NCBI GenBank assembly: GCA_963695195.1
Contig: CAVOGE010000007.1
Coordinates: forward strand, 767,756-831,755
DNA: 64,000 bases
Direction: 5' to 3'
Origin: an uncultured Chloroflexia bacterium
GTDB lineage: Bacteria; Chloroflexota; Limnocylindria; QHBO01
Shown here: positions 19,801-27,315 of the stretch, piece after piece
Layout of the letters: every line of letters starts with the position of its first letter
Position numbering within the stretch: the first letter of the stretch is position 1
Notes under the pieces: model-generated
Told to the model about the DNA's origin: nothing
The model's input: the letters and a program-made list of their open reading frames with translations, nothing else
Database searches by the model: none
Translations under genes and position numbers: made by a program

Positions 19801-21576
19801 CAGTTGGAGACGATCGATGCGGGCAGCAACGCGTTCGCCTGGCGCATCGCGGGGATCGTCTTCGGTTCGATCCTGGTCGGACTCATCTACCTGCTCACGG
19901 CGACCCTCTTCCGACGTCGACGGATCGCGGTCCTTGCAGCCGCCTTCGTGGCGATCGACGGGATGAGCTACGTCATGAGCCGGATTGCGATGAACGACAT
20001 CTTCGTGGCCACCTTCATCGTGGCCGCCTACCTGGTCTTCTGGCAGGTCTGGTCGGGGCGCTGGGTACGCAGCGCCTGGTGGGCCATGCCGCTGGTCGGC
20101 GTCCTGATCGGCCTGGCAGCCGCCAGCAAGTGGGTCGGCTGGTACGCGCTCTTCGGCCTGTGGGTCCTCGTCCTGGCGCGTTCCGGCCTCGGCCGCTTCC
20201 TGCTGGTCGCCGGTGTGGCATTCATCACCGTGGTGGGCGGCATCGGGGCCCCATGGCCGTTCCTGGTCGTCTGCCTGCTGGCACTCGGACTCGCGCTCGT
20301 CCTCGTCTGGGAGCGCCCGGTGCGCCTCACGGGCCGCGACCTGGCGGCGCTGCCGGCCATCGGCGTCGTGGCGGGCGGCATCGGCCTGGCCTTCACGATG
20401 GCCTACGGCACCGTGGAGGGGCGTGATCCGCGGAGCGCCGTGGAACTCCTCTTCGCGATCCTCGCGCGCGGCGCGCAGGCGGCGTGGCCAACCTGGCTGA
20501 TGCTGGGCGTCGCGGCCGTGCTCCTCCTGCTCCGCGCCTGGCGGTCACTGCGCGACCCCGCCAGCGACCGGCGCTGGTACCTCCCCGGCGAGCTCGGCGG
20601 CTTCGCCTGGCCGTGGGTTGGGGCGAGCCTGCTGGTCATCCCGCTGCTGGTCTACTTCGTGAGCTACGTCCCGTACCTGCAGCTCGGCCACGGCATCGCC
20701 ACGGTCGGGCAGGGGCCTGGCTACGGCTGGTCGCTCGATGAGCTGCACTCGCAGATGTTCGGCTACCACTTCGGTCTGCAGGCAGGCCACGCCGCTTCGT
20801 CGCCATGGTGGAGCTGGCCGCTCGACCTGAAGCCGGTCTGGTTCTACAGCCACTCCTTCGATGACCGGCAGATGGCGGTCATCTACAACGGCGGCAACCC
20901 GATCCTCTTCTGGGCGGGCGTCCCGGCCGTGCTCTGGGCCGCCGTCATGGCCTGGCGTCGTCGATCGCTTGCCCTCGCCGTGGTCGCCGCAGCATTCGCT
21001 TTCCAGTACCTGCCCTGGATCCGGATCGAGCGCGCCACCTTCCAGTACCACTACCTGACCGCCGTCCTCTTCTCGATGGTCGCCGTGGCCTACTTCGTCG
21101 ACGAGGGTCTTCGCTCGTGGGGATATCGGTCCCTGGCGATCGCCTTCCTGGTGGCCGTCGGGGTCGCGGGGGTGCTCGTCTTCCCACTCGGAGCCGCGCT
21201 GGTCATGCCGGACTGGTACATCAACGCAGCCCGCGCCCTGGCCCCATGGAACTACGCGTTCCAGTTCCCGTCGCCGCCGCAGGGAGAGCGTGCGCAGCTG
21301 ATCACGGCCGACAGCCTGAAGCTCGCGATCGGCACGGTCGTCTCGGTGGGCGCGGCCGCCTTCGCCCTGATGGGGCGGGACCTGCTCGGCTCCCGCGCCG
21401 CGCCGCCGCCGTCAGCCTCGACGACGGAAGGCGACCACCATGAGGAGCATGCCCACGACGACGAGCCCGAGTGGCCAGAGCCGATCGATGTCGATCTCCG
21501 GCAGGTACTCGCGGGCGAGGAAGTAGATCCCGAGCCCGATCAGGATCAGCCCGAAGACCCACGACCCGCCACCTGA
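16888..21576 (+). CDS. Giant (about 1563 aa) double-module GT-C glycosyltransferase: N-terminal polytopic GT-C module, then a PMT/ArnT-like module with a large extracytoplasmic insert
   Basis: Module 1 (about aa 1-500) is multi-TM with GT-C-like loops. A Pro-rich linker follows. Module 2 carries RLDFPRHFHFDEVYHARTA (the first-loop motif of the PMT family) and a PMT-type C-terminal 4-TM region (HSQMFGYHFGLQ...SPWWSWPLDLKPVWFY). A 350-400 aa beta-rich segment sits between TM1 and TM2 of module 2. A possible extended -10 promoter TGTATACT lies at 16822-16829. Confidence 0.8.
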   Translation: MTRDSVRERGARPFDRGLPLDPATLVILLIALGVLLRAFIGGVFVPLSGFRIDVGDFSAWAQRLAAGGPGEFYQADYFSDYPPGYMYVLWLLGSIGEWLRPVFGLSITPGLVKVPGILADAGVAWVLFIYARRFGDRWLGGWGGERIGVVAATIYLFNPGTIFNASVWGQVDSVGTLAILATLYLLARGWTEAAAVGAVVALLVKFQFAFLIPIVAIVGIKRHLFGGSSDPEQDGRGDPLRVLTSLAAGLGTLVVLILPFGLAVWAPADRAHSLIGKFLDAADTYKGLSINGFNLWRNPWSGLGDSLQWGCDVAPPTCPDGQGIAVVLGSFPVTWQLVGTVLFALAALIALWQIARRDDATGLLVGALVLAVAFYALPTRVHERYLFPALALAAPLVLLGRRWMVLYAALTVAFFANVYWVYTADWSWAGGSVMNPGLNGAPMPRDPLLAQFLFNDTGIYLLSAGIVVVLVWLLVQSAGMAVRASDLVLAPMRSSPPPAPASPLPEPQLPQPATHAPIPRNRPPFRSQVRHLLRRDPTDPYASEPSRRLDRRDALLLLGLVLFALVFRLWRLDFPRHFHFDEVYHARTATEMLSDWQEGWTRDTYEWTHPQLAKYLIAAGIAAVDPNKVLGRTELDAPATSLAVAPQRSAEGRPASIVFASAGDETITAREVTSGTVVSSWTLSSPVASLAYDEDANRLLVGLADTGTVSVFDLTAFLGQLGERGPPPGVAQIETGLAGIPEIVMPQGQPIILFRGSDGIAEVERETGAQIAFSSLVASGIGYVPAGSGEDGAPARVVAIDLSSGSLVALDAGSLQLDTGVIGSDGRLFLRAPPTGPIMVQARGKDTQVWVPIGPLPADDEHGPVAGGLTVFDEKLSEIDTVPLPGTPRLIGWQFVANIVYVAGTDPATGEGEAWAVMPHGNGGSQSVGFAAFDTSPLLGEPLALGFDISDHAEGDDHGRLLVSTNASAGAQLETIDAGSNAFAWRIAGIVFGSILVGLIYLLTATLFRRRRIAVLAAAFVAIDGMSYVMSRIAMNDIFVATFIVAAYLVFWQVWSGRWVRSAWWAMPLVGVLIGLAAASKWVGWYALFGLWVLVLARSGLGRFLLVAGVAFITVVGGIGAPWPFLVVCLLALGLALVLVWERPVRLTGRDLAALPAIGVVAGGIGLAFTMAYGTVEGRDPRSAVELLFAILARGAQAAWPTWLMLGVAAVLLLLRAWRSLRDPASDRRWYLPGELGGFAWPWVGASLLVIPLLVYFVSYVPYLQLGHGIATVGQGPGYGWSLDELHSQMFGYHFGLQAGHAASSPWWSWPLDLKPVWFYSHSFDDRQMAVIYNGGNPILFWAGVPAVLWAAVMAWRRRSLALAVVAAAFAFQYLPWIRIERATFQYHYLTAVLFSMVAVAYFVDEGLRSWGYRSLAIAFLVAVGVAGVLVFPLGAALVMPDWYINAARALAPWNYAFQFPSPPQGERAQLITADSLKLAIGTVVSVGAAAFALMGRDLLGSRAAPPPSASTTEGDHHEEHAHDDEPEWPEPIDVDLRQVLAGEEVDPEPDQDQPEDPRPAT

Positions 21577-21879
21577 GTGTCGGCGTGCCGGACGCCCGGA
21601 CTGCGCAGCTCGGCCGGCTGGCGCCACCCAGCCCGATGACGGCGCGGCGCCTCCCGGGTCCGGGTCGGCGGCGTCCGACGACCCCGCGCCTTCCGGAGCC
21701 TGTGGCACCACGATCCACATCACGATGTAGACGATGATGAAGATGCCCCCGGTGATGAGCCCCAGCACGGCCCACACCACGCGCACGATCGACGGGTCGA
21801 GGTCCAGGTACTCGGCGACGCCGCCCGCGACGCCGCTGATCATCTCCTCGCGACGCGACCGATAGAGCCGGCGATTCAT
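21412..21879 (-). CDS. PspC-domain membrane protein
   Basis: AGGAGG sits 7 nt upstream of ATG. N-terminal PspC domain RLYRSRREEMISGVAGGVAEYLDLDPSIVRVVWAVL, then TM segments. Its start overlaps the upstream gene stop (ATGA). Confidence 0.75.
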   Translation of the reverse strand: MNRRLYRSRREEMISGVAGGVAEYLDLDPSIVRVVWAVLGLITGGIFIIVYIVMWIVVPQAPEGAGSSDAADPDPGGAAPSSGWVAPAGRAAQSGRPARRHSGGGSWVFGLILIGLGIYFLAREYLPEIDIDRLWPLGLVVVGMLLMVVAFRRRG

Positions 21880-22838
21880 TCGCAGCCTCCTTCAGGGTTC
21901 AAGGTAAAGCTCCCGGCGTTGCCGCTGATCTCGAGTTGGATCTGCTGGGCCGCCCCCGCGTAGCCCGAGGTAGACCAGGTGTCGCCGACACGCGTCAGTC
22001 CGGAGTCATCCAGGTTGTGCGAGAAGGTGATGTTCGAGTCGACGGTGAACTCGACGGCCACCCCGTCGAGCGTGCAGACCTCAATCGACCCGGCATTGAC
22101 GCTCAGGCTGCCCCGGCTCTCCATCGCCGTCCCGATCGTGACCGATGCCGAACCGGCATTCAACGACAGGTCGAGGCGGTCGACATCTGCATCGGTCAGG
22201 TCGAGCGTCAACGAGCCGGCATTCGGACTCAGCGAGATGCTCGTGAAGTGACCCCCGCCGAGGTCGATGGTCGTGTCGGCCGCGTTGGGTGACGCGCTCA
22301 GCGCGTACACCGAATCGATCGGCAGGCTGACCTCCCAGCGCTGACGCCCGCCATCCCACCAGCGCCCGCTGTCCGGCGAGCGGACCTCGAGGCGATCGCC
22401 GCTCGCGGTGATCCGGGCCGGATCCCCGCCCCGCTGGCCGCTGGCGACCGTCCACGCCGATTCATCGGTCATGGCGACGCTCAAGGTGCCGCAGTTGAAG
22501 TCGAGCGCCACCCCGGCGCTGCCCCCGAAGTCGCCGCTGCGGGTGGAGAGGCTTGTCGGGTCGCCTCCGCCGCAGGCGAGCGACATCGTCGGTCCGACGG
22601 CGATCAACGCCCCACCGGCGGTGCCGACCACCAGGGCTGCCGCAACCGTCCCGATGACCGCGAACGGCGTGCTCGACACGACCACCGACACACCGATCAC
22701 GATCAGGATGACCGGCCAGAGGCGCCAGAGGTCGCGGAGGGCATCCTTGTCGAGATACCCCTGCTGGGCGGCCAGGGCGACTGCGCCGGCGGTGATGAGC
22801 GCCAGGCCCCAGAAGAGGAGCCCACGGTTGAGCGTCAT
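21876..22838 (-). CDS. DUF4097 (toast-rack, LiaF/YvlB-like) membrane protein paired with pspC
   Basis: N-terminal TMs, then a repetitive beta-rich domain (ISLSPNAGSLTLDLTDADVDRLDLSLNAGSASVTIG...SLSVNAGSIEV) typical of DUF4097. Start at Met66 of the six-frame ORF. Confidence 0.65.
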   Translation of the reverse strand: MTLNRGLLFWGLALITAGAVALAAQQGYLDKDALRDLWRLWPVILIVIGVSVVVSSTPFAVIGTVAAALVVGTAGGALIAVGPTMSLACGGGDPTSLSTRSGDFGGSAGVALDFNCGTLSVAMTDESAWTVASGQRGGDPARITASGDRLEVRSPDSGRWWDGGRQRWEVSLPIDSVYALSASPNAADTTIDLGGGHFTSISLSPNAGSLTLDLTDADVDRLDLSLNAGSASVTIGTAMESRGSLSVNAGSIEVCTLDGVAVEFTVDSNITFSHNLDDSGLTRVGDTWSTSGYAGAAQQIQLEISGNAGSFTLNPEGGCE

Positions 22839-22953
22839 GGCAGATTGGTCCTCAGAGTTGGTTCCACGCGAACGCGGAGACGGTACCACCGCGGCCTGGC
22901 CGCGAGTGGAGTGCCGATTGGCCCGTTGCCTGCCGGCCATCTGAACCTTTGGC

Positions 22954-22983
22954 TTGACAGGCCGCCGGGGACCGCCGTAGACT
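22954..22983 (+). promoter_or_regulatory. Sigma70-like promoter for the ABC exporter leader
   Basis: TTGACA (22954-22959), an 18-nt spacer, then TAGACT (22978-22983). Confidence 0.5.
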
Positions 22984-23065
22984 CCCGCGGCGGCCACTCC
23001 GGACAGTCGTGTCCTGCGTGCCCGTCCGGCCACTCAACCACCCCCGCGAGGACCGATGTAAGGCA

Positions 23066-23158
23066 ATGGATCTTCACCGGAGCACCCCCAACGCGTGCCC
23101 CACGGTGACGCCTATCAACGGCGACGCCGACGGGAGATCTGCGCCCGCCTCGAGCTGA
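23066..23158 (+). CDS. Candidate 30-aa leader peptide ORF (MDLHRSTPNACPTVTPINGDADGRSAPASS)
   Basis: GAGGA sits about 11 nt upstream. An ATG-TAA start-stop pair lies at 23056-23061. The ORF stops 38 nt before the terminator stem. Confidence 0.3.
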   Translation: MDLHRSTPNACPTVTPINGDADGRSAPASS

Positions 23159-23195
23159 CGAGACGGCGGCAAGGCCGCCAAACGAACGCCACGAG

Positions 23196-23226
23196 CCGTG
23201 GGCCAGATCGGGTCCACGGTTTTTTG
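23196..23226 (+). terminator. Intrinsic terminator inside the 5' leader of the ABC exporter operon (attenuator)
   Basis: 9-bp stem CCGUGGGCC / GGUCCACGG with one G.U, a 6-nt loop, then UUUUUUG. An alternative GCCACG-AGC-CGUGG(G)C hairpin overlaps the 5' arm. Confidence 0.6.
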
Positions 23227-23301
23227 TTGCTCGACCGACGAGCACAGGAGCCGCGGACCGACTGGGACCCGCGGCTCTCTTCTTTCCCGACAAGGCAACC
23301 G

Positions 23302-24252
23302 ATGGACGAGCGAGTGATGCCCGACCAAGACGAGGAACCCGAGATGACCAGCGTGCTGGAACAACCAAAGACCGATACGGCCACGGCCGCGCCCGTCGCA
23401 TCGCCGGCGCCGTCGCGGACCCGTCGCACGCTGCCGGAGGACGGCGTGCCGGCCCTGCTCGTCGAGCACGTCACCAAGCAGTTTCTGGTCGGCCGCAAGC
23501 GCAAGCCGGTGACCGCCGTGAAGGACATCTCGCTGCGCATCCGGCGGGGCGAGATCTACGGCGTGCTTGGAGCGAACGGCAGCGGCAAGTCCACCTTCAT
23601 TCGGCTGGTCAGCACCTTGCTGACCCTCGATACCGGCAAGGTGGAGGTGTTCGGCCACGACATCGAGCGCGACGAGATGGCGGTCAAGCGACTCATCAAC
23701 CGGGTGAGCGTGGACGCCGCCTTCTTCAAGAAGCTGAGCCCGTTCGAGAACCTGGCCTACGCAGCGCGCCTGTACGGCATGGACCCGAAGTCCGCGCGGC
23801 AGGAGGCGATCGCCATCCTGGCGCGGCTGGGGATCAGCGAGAAGCGGCTCGGCCGTCCGCTGGAGCAGATGAGCCGGGGGATGCAGCAGAAGGTCGCCAT
23901 CGCGCGGGCGCTGCTGACCAGCCCGACCCTGCTGTTGCTCGACGAGCCGACCACCGGTCTCGACCCGCGGTCGAAGCTGGACGTGCAGAGCTTCATCGAG
24001 GAGCTGCGCGATGGGCATGACGCCACAATCGTGCTCACCACGCACGACCTGGCGGAGGCCGACCGGCTCTGCGACCGGATCGCGATCATCAACGACGGGC
24101 GGATCGTGGTCGAGGACACACCCGAGGCGCTCAAGGTGCTCGTGGCAGAGCGCCACGGACAGGAGCCGACCATGGAGAGCGTCTTCATGACCTTCACGGG
24201 GCGCTCCCTTGACGACGATATCGACAACCAGGACGAAGAGAACGAAGACTGA
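23302..24252 (+). CDS. ABC-2 type exporter ATP-binding subunit
   Basis: Walker A GANGSGKST, signature MSRGMQQKVAIARAL, Walker B LLLDEPTTGLD, and an acidic C-terminal tail. Confidence 0.85.
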   Translation: MDERVMPDQDEEPEMTSVLEQPKTDTATAAPVASPAPSRTRRTLPEDGVPALLVEHVTKQFLVGRKRKPVTAVKDISLRIRRGEIYGVLGANGSGKSTFIRLVSTLLTLDTGKVEVFGHDIERDEMAVKRLINRVSVDAAFFKKLSPFENLAYAARLYGMDPKSARQEAIAILARLGISEKRLGRPLEQMSRGMQQKVAIARALLTSPTLLLLDEPTTGLDPRSKLDVQSFIEELRDGHDATIVLTTHDLAEADRLCDRIAIINDGRIVVEDTPEALKVLVAERHGQEPTMESVFMTFTGRSLDDDIDNQDEENED

Positions 24253-24268
24253 ATGAGAGGAGGTGATG

Positions 24269-24466
24269 AAGATGCTGTACCTGCATGACCAGGTAGCGAT
24301 CCGGTCGGTGCATGCCGATCGGGCACGGCACCTGCGCGGCGAGTTGCATGCAGCTCGTCGGCTGTCGCGCCGCCCCGTGCGGCGCTGGGTCGGTCGCCAA
24401 CTCGTGCGCGTCGGAGCGCACCTGGCGGCGGACCCCTCGCTGCGGCGTTCGGCTCGGTCACGGTGA
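24269..24466 (+). CDS. Small Arg-rich ORF (about 65 aa) between the ABC ATPase and permease
   Basis: AGGAGG sits 8 nt upstream of ATG 24269. Highly basic composition and no homology features. Confidence 0.25.
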   Translation, partial: KMLYLHDQVAIRSVHADRARHLRGELHAARRLSRRPVRRWVGRQLVRVGAHLAADPSLRRSARSR

Positions 24467-24504
24467 CCGGGCCGGCGCCGACCCTCATCGGTAGGAGTGG
24501 ACCA

Positions 24505-25305
24505 ATGGCACTTATGACCCGCGAACTGAAGGCGTCCTTCGCCTTCGTGGAGCGGAACTTCAACCTGACAAAGCGCTACTGGGGCTGGGAGGTCGCCTTC
24601 CTGGTCTATGCCGTGGCGGGCGCACTCGCGGTGTCGCTCATCGGTGCAGGGCAGAACGACACCCGGCTCCTGCTCACGCTGGTCATCGGTGCCGTCTTCT
24701 GGAACTACCTGTCGGTCGTCTTCAGCTTCATCGCCGAGACGGTCAGCTGGGAGCGCTGGGAGGGGACGCTGGAGTACACCTTCATGGCGCCGGTGCGGCG
24801 CTATGCCCAGATGCTCGGCTCAACGCTCTACGCGGTCATCTTTGGTTTCGTGCACACCGTGGTGGTGCTGGTCGTGCTCGCGCTCTTCTTCGAGCTCGAC
24901 CTGAGCCAGGCGAACTTCGGCACCGCCGCGGTCTTCATGGTTCTCGGCTCGGTCTCGTTCATCGGGATCGGGATCATGACCGCCATCCTGCCGCTCATGT
25001 ATGTCGAGCGCGGTGCGCAGATGACCTTCGTGCTGCAGTCGGTGCTGCTGCTGATCAGCGGCGTCTACTACAGCATCGACGTGCTGCCCGGCTGGATGCA
25101 GGTGGCTTCGAACTTCTCACCCGCGACCTATGTCCTCGACGGTGTTCGTGCCGGACTGATCGACGGGGTGGGCATCAGTGAGCTGCTCCGGGACGTGTGG
25201 CCGCTCGCCCTGATGGGGATCATCTTCATCCCCTTGGGCCTGTGGGCGTTCGGTCGCGCGGAGCGCTACGCCAAGCGGACCGGCAAGCTCAAGCGAGTAG
25301 GCTGA
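24505..25305 (+). CDS. ABC-2 type exporter permease
   Basis: Six predicted TM helices. AGGAG sits 8 nt upstream of ATG 24505 (Met15 of the six-frame ORF). Confidence 0.8.
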   Translation: MALMTRELKASFAFVERNFNLTKRYWGWEVAFLVYAVAGALAVSLIGAGQNDTRLLLTLVIGAVFWNYLSVVFSFIAETVSWERWEGTLEYTFMAPVRRYAQMLGSTLYAVIFGFVHTVVVLVVLALFFELDLSQANFGTAAVFMVLGSVSFIGIGIMTAILPLMYVERGAQMTFVLQSVLLLISGVYYSIDVLPGWMQVASNFSPATYVLDGVRAGLIDGVGISELLRDVWPLALMGIIFIPLGLWAFGRAERYAKRTGKLKRVG

Positions 25306-25309
25306 ACCG

Positions 25310-26302
25310 ATGCGCACGCCACCGCCTGGCTTCGTCCTGCGCCCCTATGCCGACCTCCCGGATGTGCCGGAGATGCTCCGCGTCTTCACCGCCTCCAACG
25401 AGGCAGACGAGATCGACGAGCGGATGTCGGCCGCCGGGCTCACCACCTGGCTGAGCCATCCGAGCGAGCACTTCGATCCTGCCAACGACCTGGTGCTGGC
25501 CGAAGTGGATGGCGAGGTGGTGGGCTACGGCTGGGCCTTCTGGGTCGACACCACCGACGGCCTGCGCGAGTACCTCACGCGCGGCCACGTGCATCCCGCG
25601 TGGAGGAGACGAGGTGTCGGCAGCGCCATCATGGCGCGCAATGAGGCGCACCTGCGCGGCCTGGCCGCCAGGCACGAATCAGACCGTGAGCGGGTGATGG
25701 GAACATTCGCCGACGAGCGACGGCCCGGCGCAGTGGCGCTGGTGCTGGCGAACGGCTACCAGCCGGTCCGCTACTTCTTCGAGATGCTGCGGCCGACCCT
25801 TACCGATATCGACGTCCCGCCGATGCCGGATGGACTCGAGCTGCGGCCGGTTGGGGACCGCGACGGCTATCGGCGGATCTTCGACGCCGATGCCGAGGCC
25901 TTCATGGACCACTGGGGCGGCTTCGATGCCAGCGACGCGAGCTTCGAGGAATGGCTGGACCAGCCCGACTTCGACCCGTCGCTCTTCGTCGTGGCCTTCG
26001 ACGGTGACGAGATCGCGGGCGTCGTGATCAACGAGATCGACGCGCACGAGAACGAGGCGTTGCAGCGCAAGCGCGGGCTGCTGGCCAGCGTCTTCGTGCG
26101 GCGTCCATGGCGGCGCAGGGGCCTCGCCGCAGCGCTCGTCGCCCGCAGCCTGCTCCTCCTCCGGGAGCGCGGCATGACCAGCGCGTGGCTCGGCGTCGAT
26201 GGTGAGAATCCGACCGGGGCGCTGGGCGTCTACGAACGGGCCGGGTTCGCGGTCCATTCGCGCGGGATGCAGTACCGGAAGCCGATGGAGACAGACCGAT
26301 GA
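25310..26302 (+). CDS. Tandem double-GNAT N-acetyltransferase (MshD-like architecture), copy 1
   Basis: Two GNAT cores with RRRGVGSAIM and RRRGLAAALV acetyl-CoA binding motifs. About 330 aa. Confidence 0.75.
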   Translation: MRTPPPGFVLRPYADLPDVPEMLRVFTASNEADEIDERMSAAGLTTWLSHPSEHFDPANDLVLAEVDGEVVGYGWAFWVDTTDGLREYLTRGHVHPAWRRRGVGSAIMARNEAHLRGLAARHESDRERVMGTFADERRPGAVALVLANGYQPVRYFFEMLRPTLTDIDVPPMPDGLELRPVGDRDGYRRIFDADAEAFMDHWGGFDASDASFEEWLDQPDFDPSLFVVAFDGDEIAGVVINEIDAHENEALQRKRGLLASVFVRRPWRRRGLAAALVARSLLLLRERGMTSAWLGVDGENPTGALGVYERAGFAVHSRGMQYRKPMETDR

Positions 26303-27315
26303 GCCAAGCACCTGCAACCTCCGAGGCGCTGCGCCCGACGATCGACGGTCTCGTGGTGCGACCGTACCGGCCGGGCGACGGCCCTGCGGTCGCCGACCTG
26401 CTCAACGCCGATAACGAGGCCGACGGGCTTCCGTGGCGCGTGTCGGCCGAGGAGATCGAGAACTGGATGGCCCACCCGACCGCCGGGTTTACCGCCGAGC
26501 GTGATGCATCGGTCCTGGAGCTCGACGGTCGGATCGTGGGGCAGACCGAGGTGGAGTGGGTCGACACGACCGATGGCCTCCGCGAGTTCCGCCTTGGCTG
26601 CGCGCTGCACCCCGACGTTCGCCGGCGCGGGATCGGGCGCTGGCTGCTGCGCCTTGGCGAGGAACGCGCCGCCGAGCGCCTGGCGGAGCAGCCGACCGAG
26701 CGCCCCGTGGTGCTCGGCACCTGGTGTCCCGACCGGCGCGTCGGCAAGGTGGCGCTCATCGAGCAGGAGGGCTACCAACGTGCCCGCTACTTCTTCGACA
26801 TGGAGCGCCCCAGCCTCGACGGGATCGTCCTGCCGCCGATGCCGACCGGGATCGAGGTCCGCCCGATGCGTGAGGACCGGCTTCGGCAGCTGTGGGACGC
26901 AGATGTCGAGGCCTTCGCCGACCACTGGGGCGGCTTCGATGGTTCGGAAGCGCGGTTCAACCAGTGGCGGAACGATCCGAGATTCGATCTCGATCTGCTG
27001 GTCGTGGCCTGGGATGGTGACGAGATCGCGGGCGGTGTCGTCAACTCGATCAACGAGGCGGAGAATGCCGCCCTGGGGCGGCAGCGCGGCTGGCTCGATA
27101 GCGTCTTCGTGCGCAGACAGTGGCGCCGGCGGGGACTCGCCCGTGCCGTTGTCATGCGCTCCCTCGCACTCCTGCGCGAACGGGGAATGACGTGCGCCGG
27201 CCTCGGTGTCGACGCGGACAACGCCAACGAGGCGCTGCGCCTCTACACGGAGTGCGGATTCGTCACGGACCTGCGGTCAGCGGCGTATCGCAAGCCGATG
27301 GAGCTGGATCGATGA
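26299..27315 (+). CDS. Tandem double-GNAT N-acetyltransferase, copy 2
   Basis: Paralog of copy 1 with the same YFFEM/DHWGGFDGSE framework. The start overlaps the previous stop (ATGA). Confidence 0.75.
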   Translation: MSQAPATSEALRPTIDGLVVRPYRPGDGPAVADLLNADNEADGLPWRVSAEEIENWMAHPTAGFTAERDASVLELDGRIVGQTEVEWVDTTDGLREFRLGCALHPDVRRRGIGRWLLRLGEERAAERLAEQPTERPVVLGTWCPDRRVGKVALIEQEGYQRARYFFDMERPSLDGIVLPPMPTGIEVRPMREDRLRQLWDADVEAFADHWGGFDGSEARFNQWRNDPRFDLDLLVVAWDGDEIAGGVVNSINEAENAALGRQRGWLDSVFVRRQWRRRGLARAVVMRSLALLRERGMTCAGLGVDADNANEALRLYTECGFVTDLRSAAYRKPMELDR

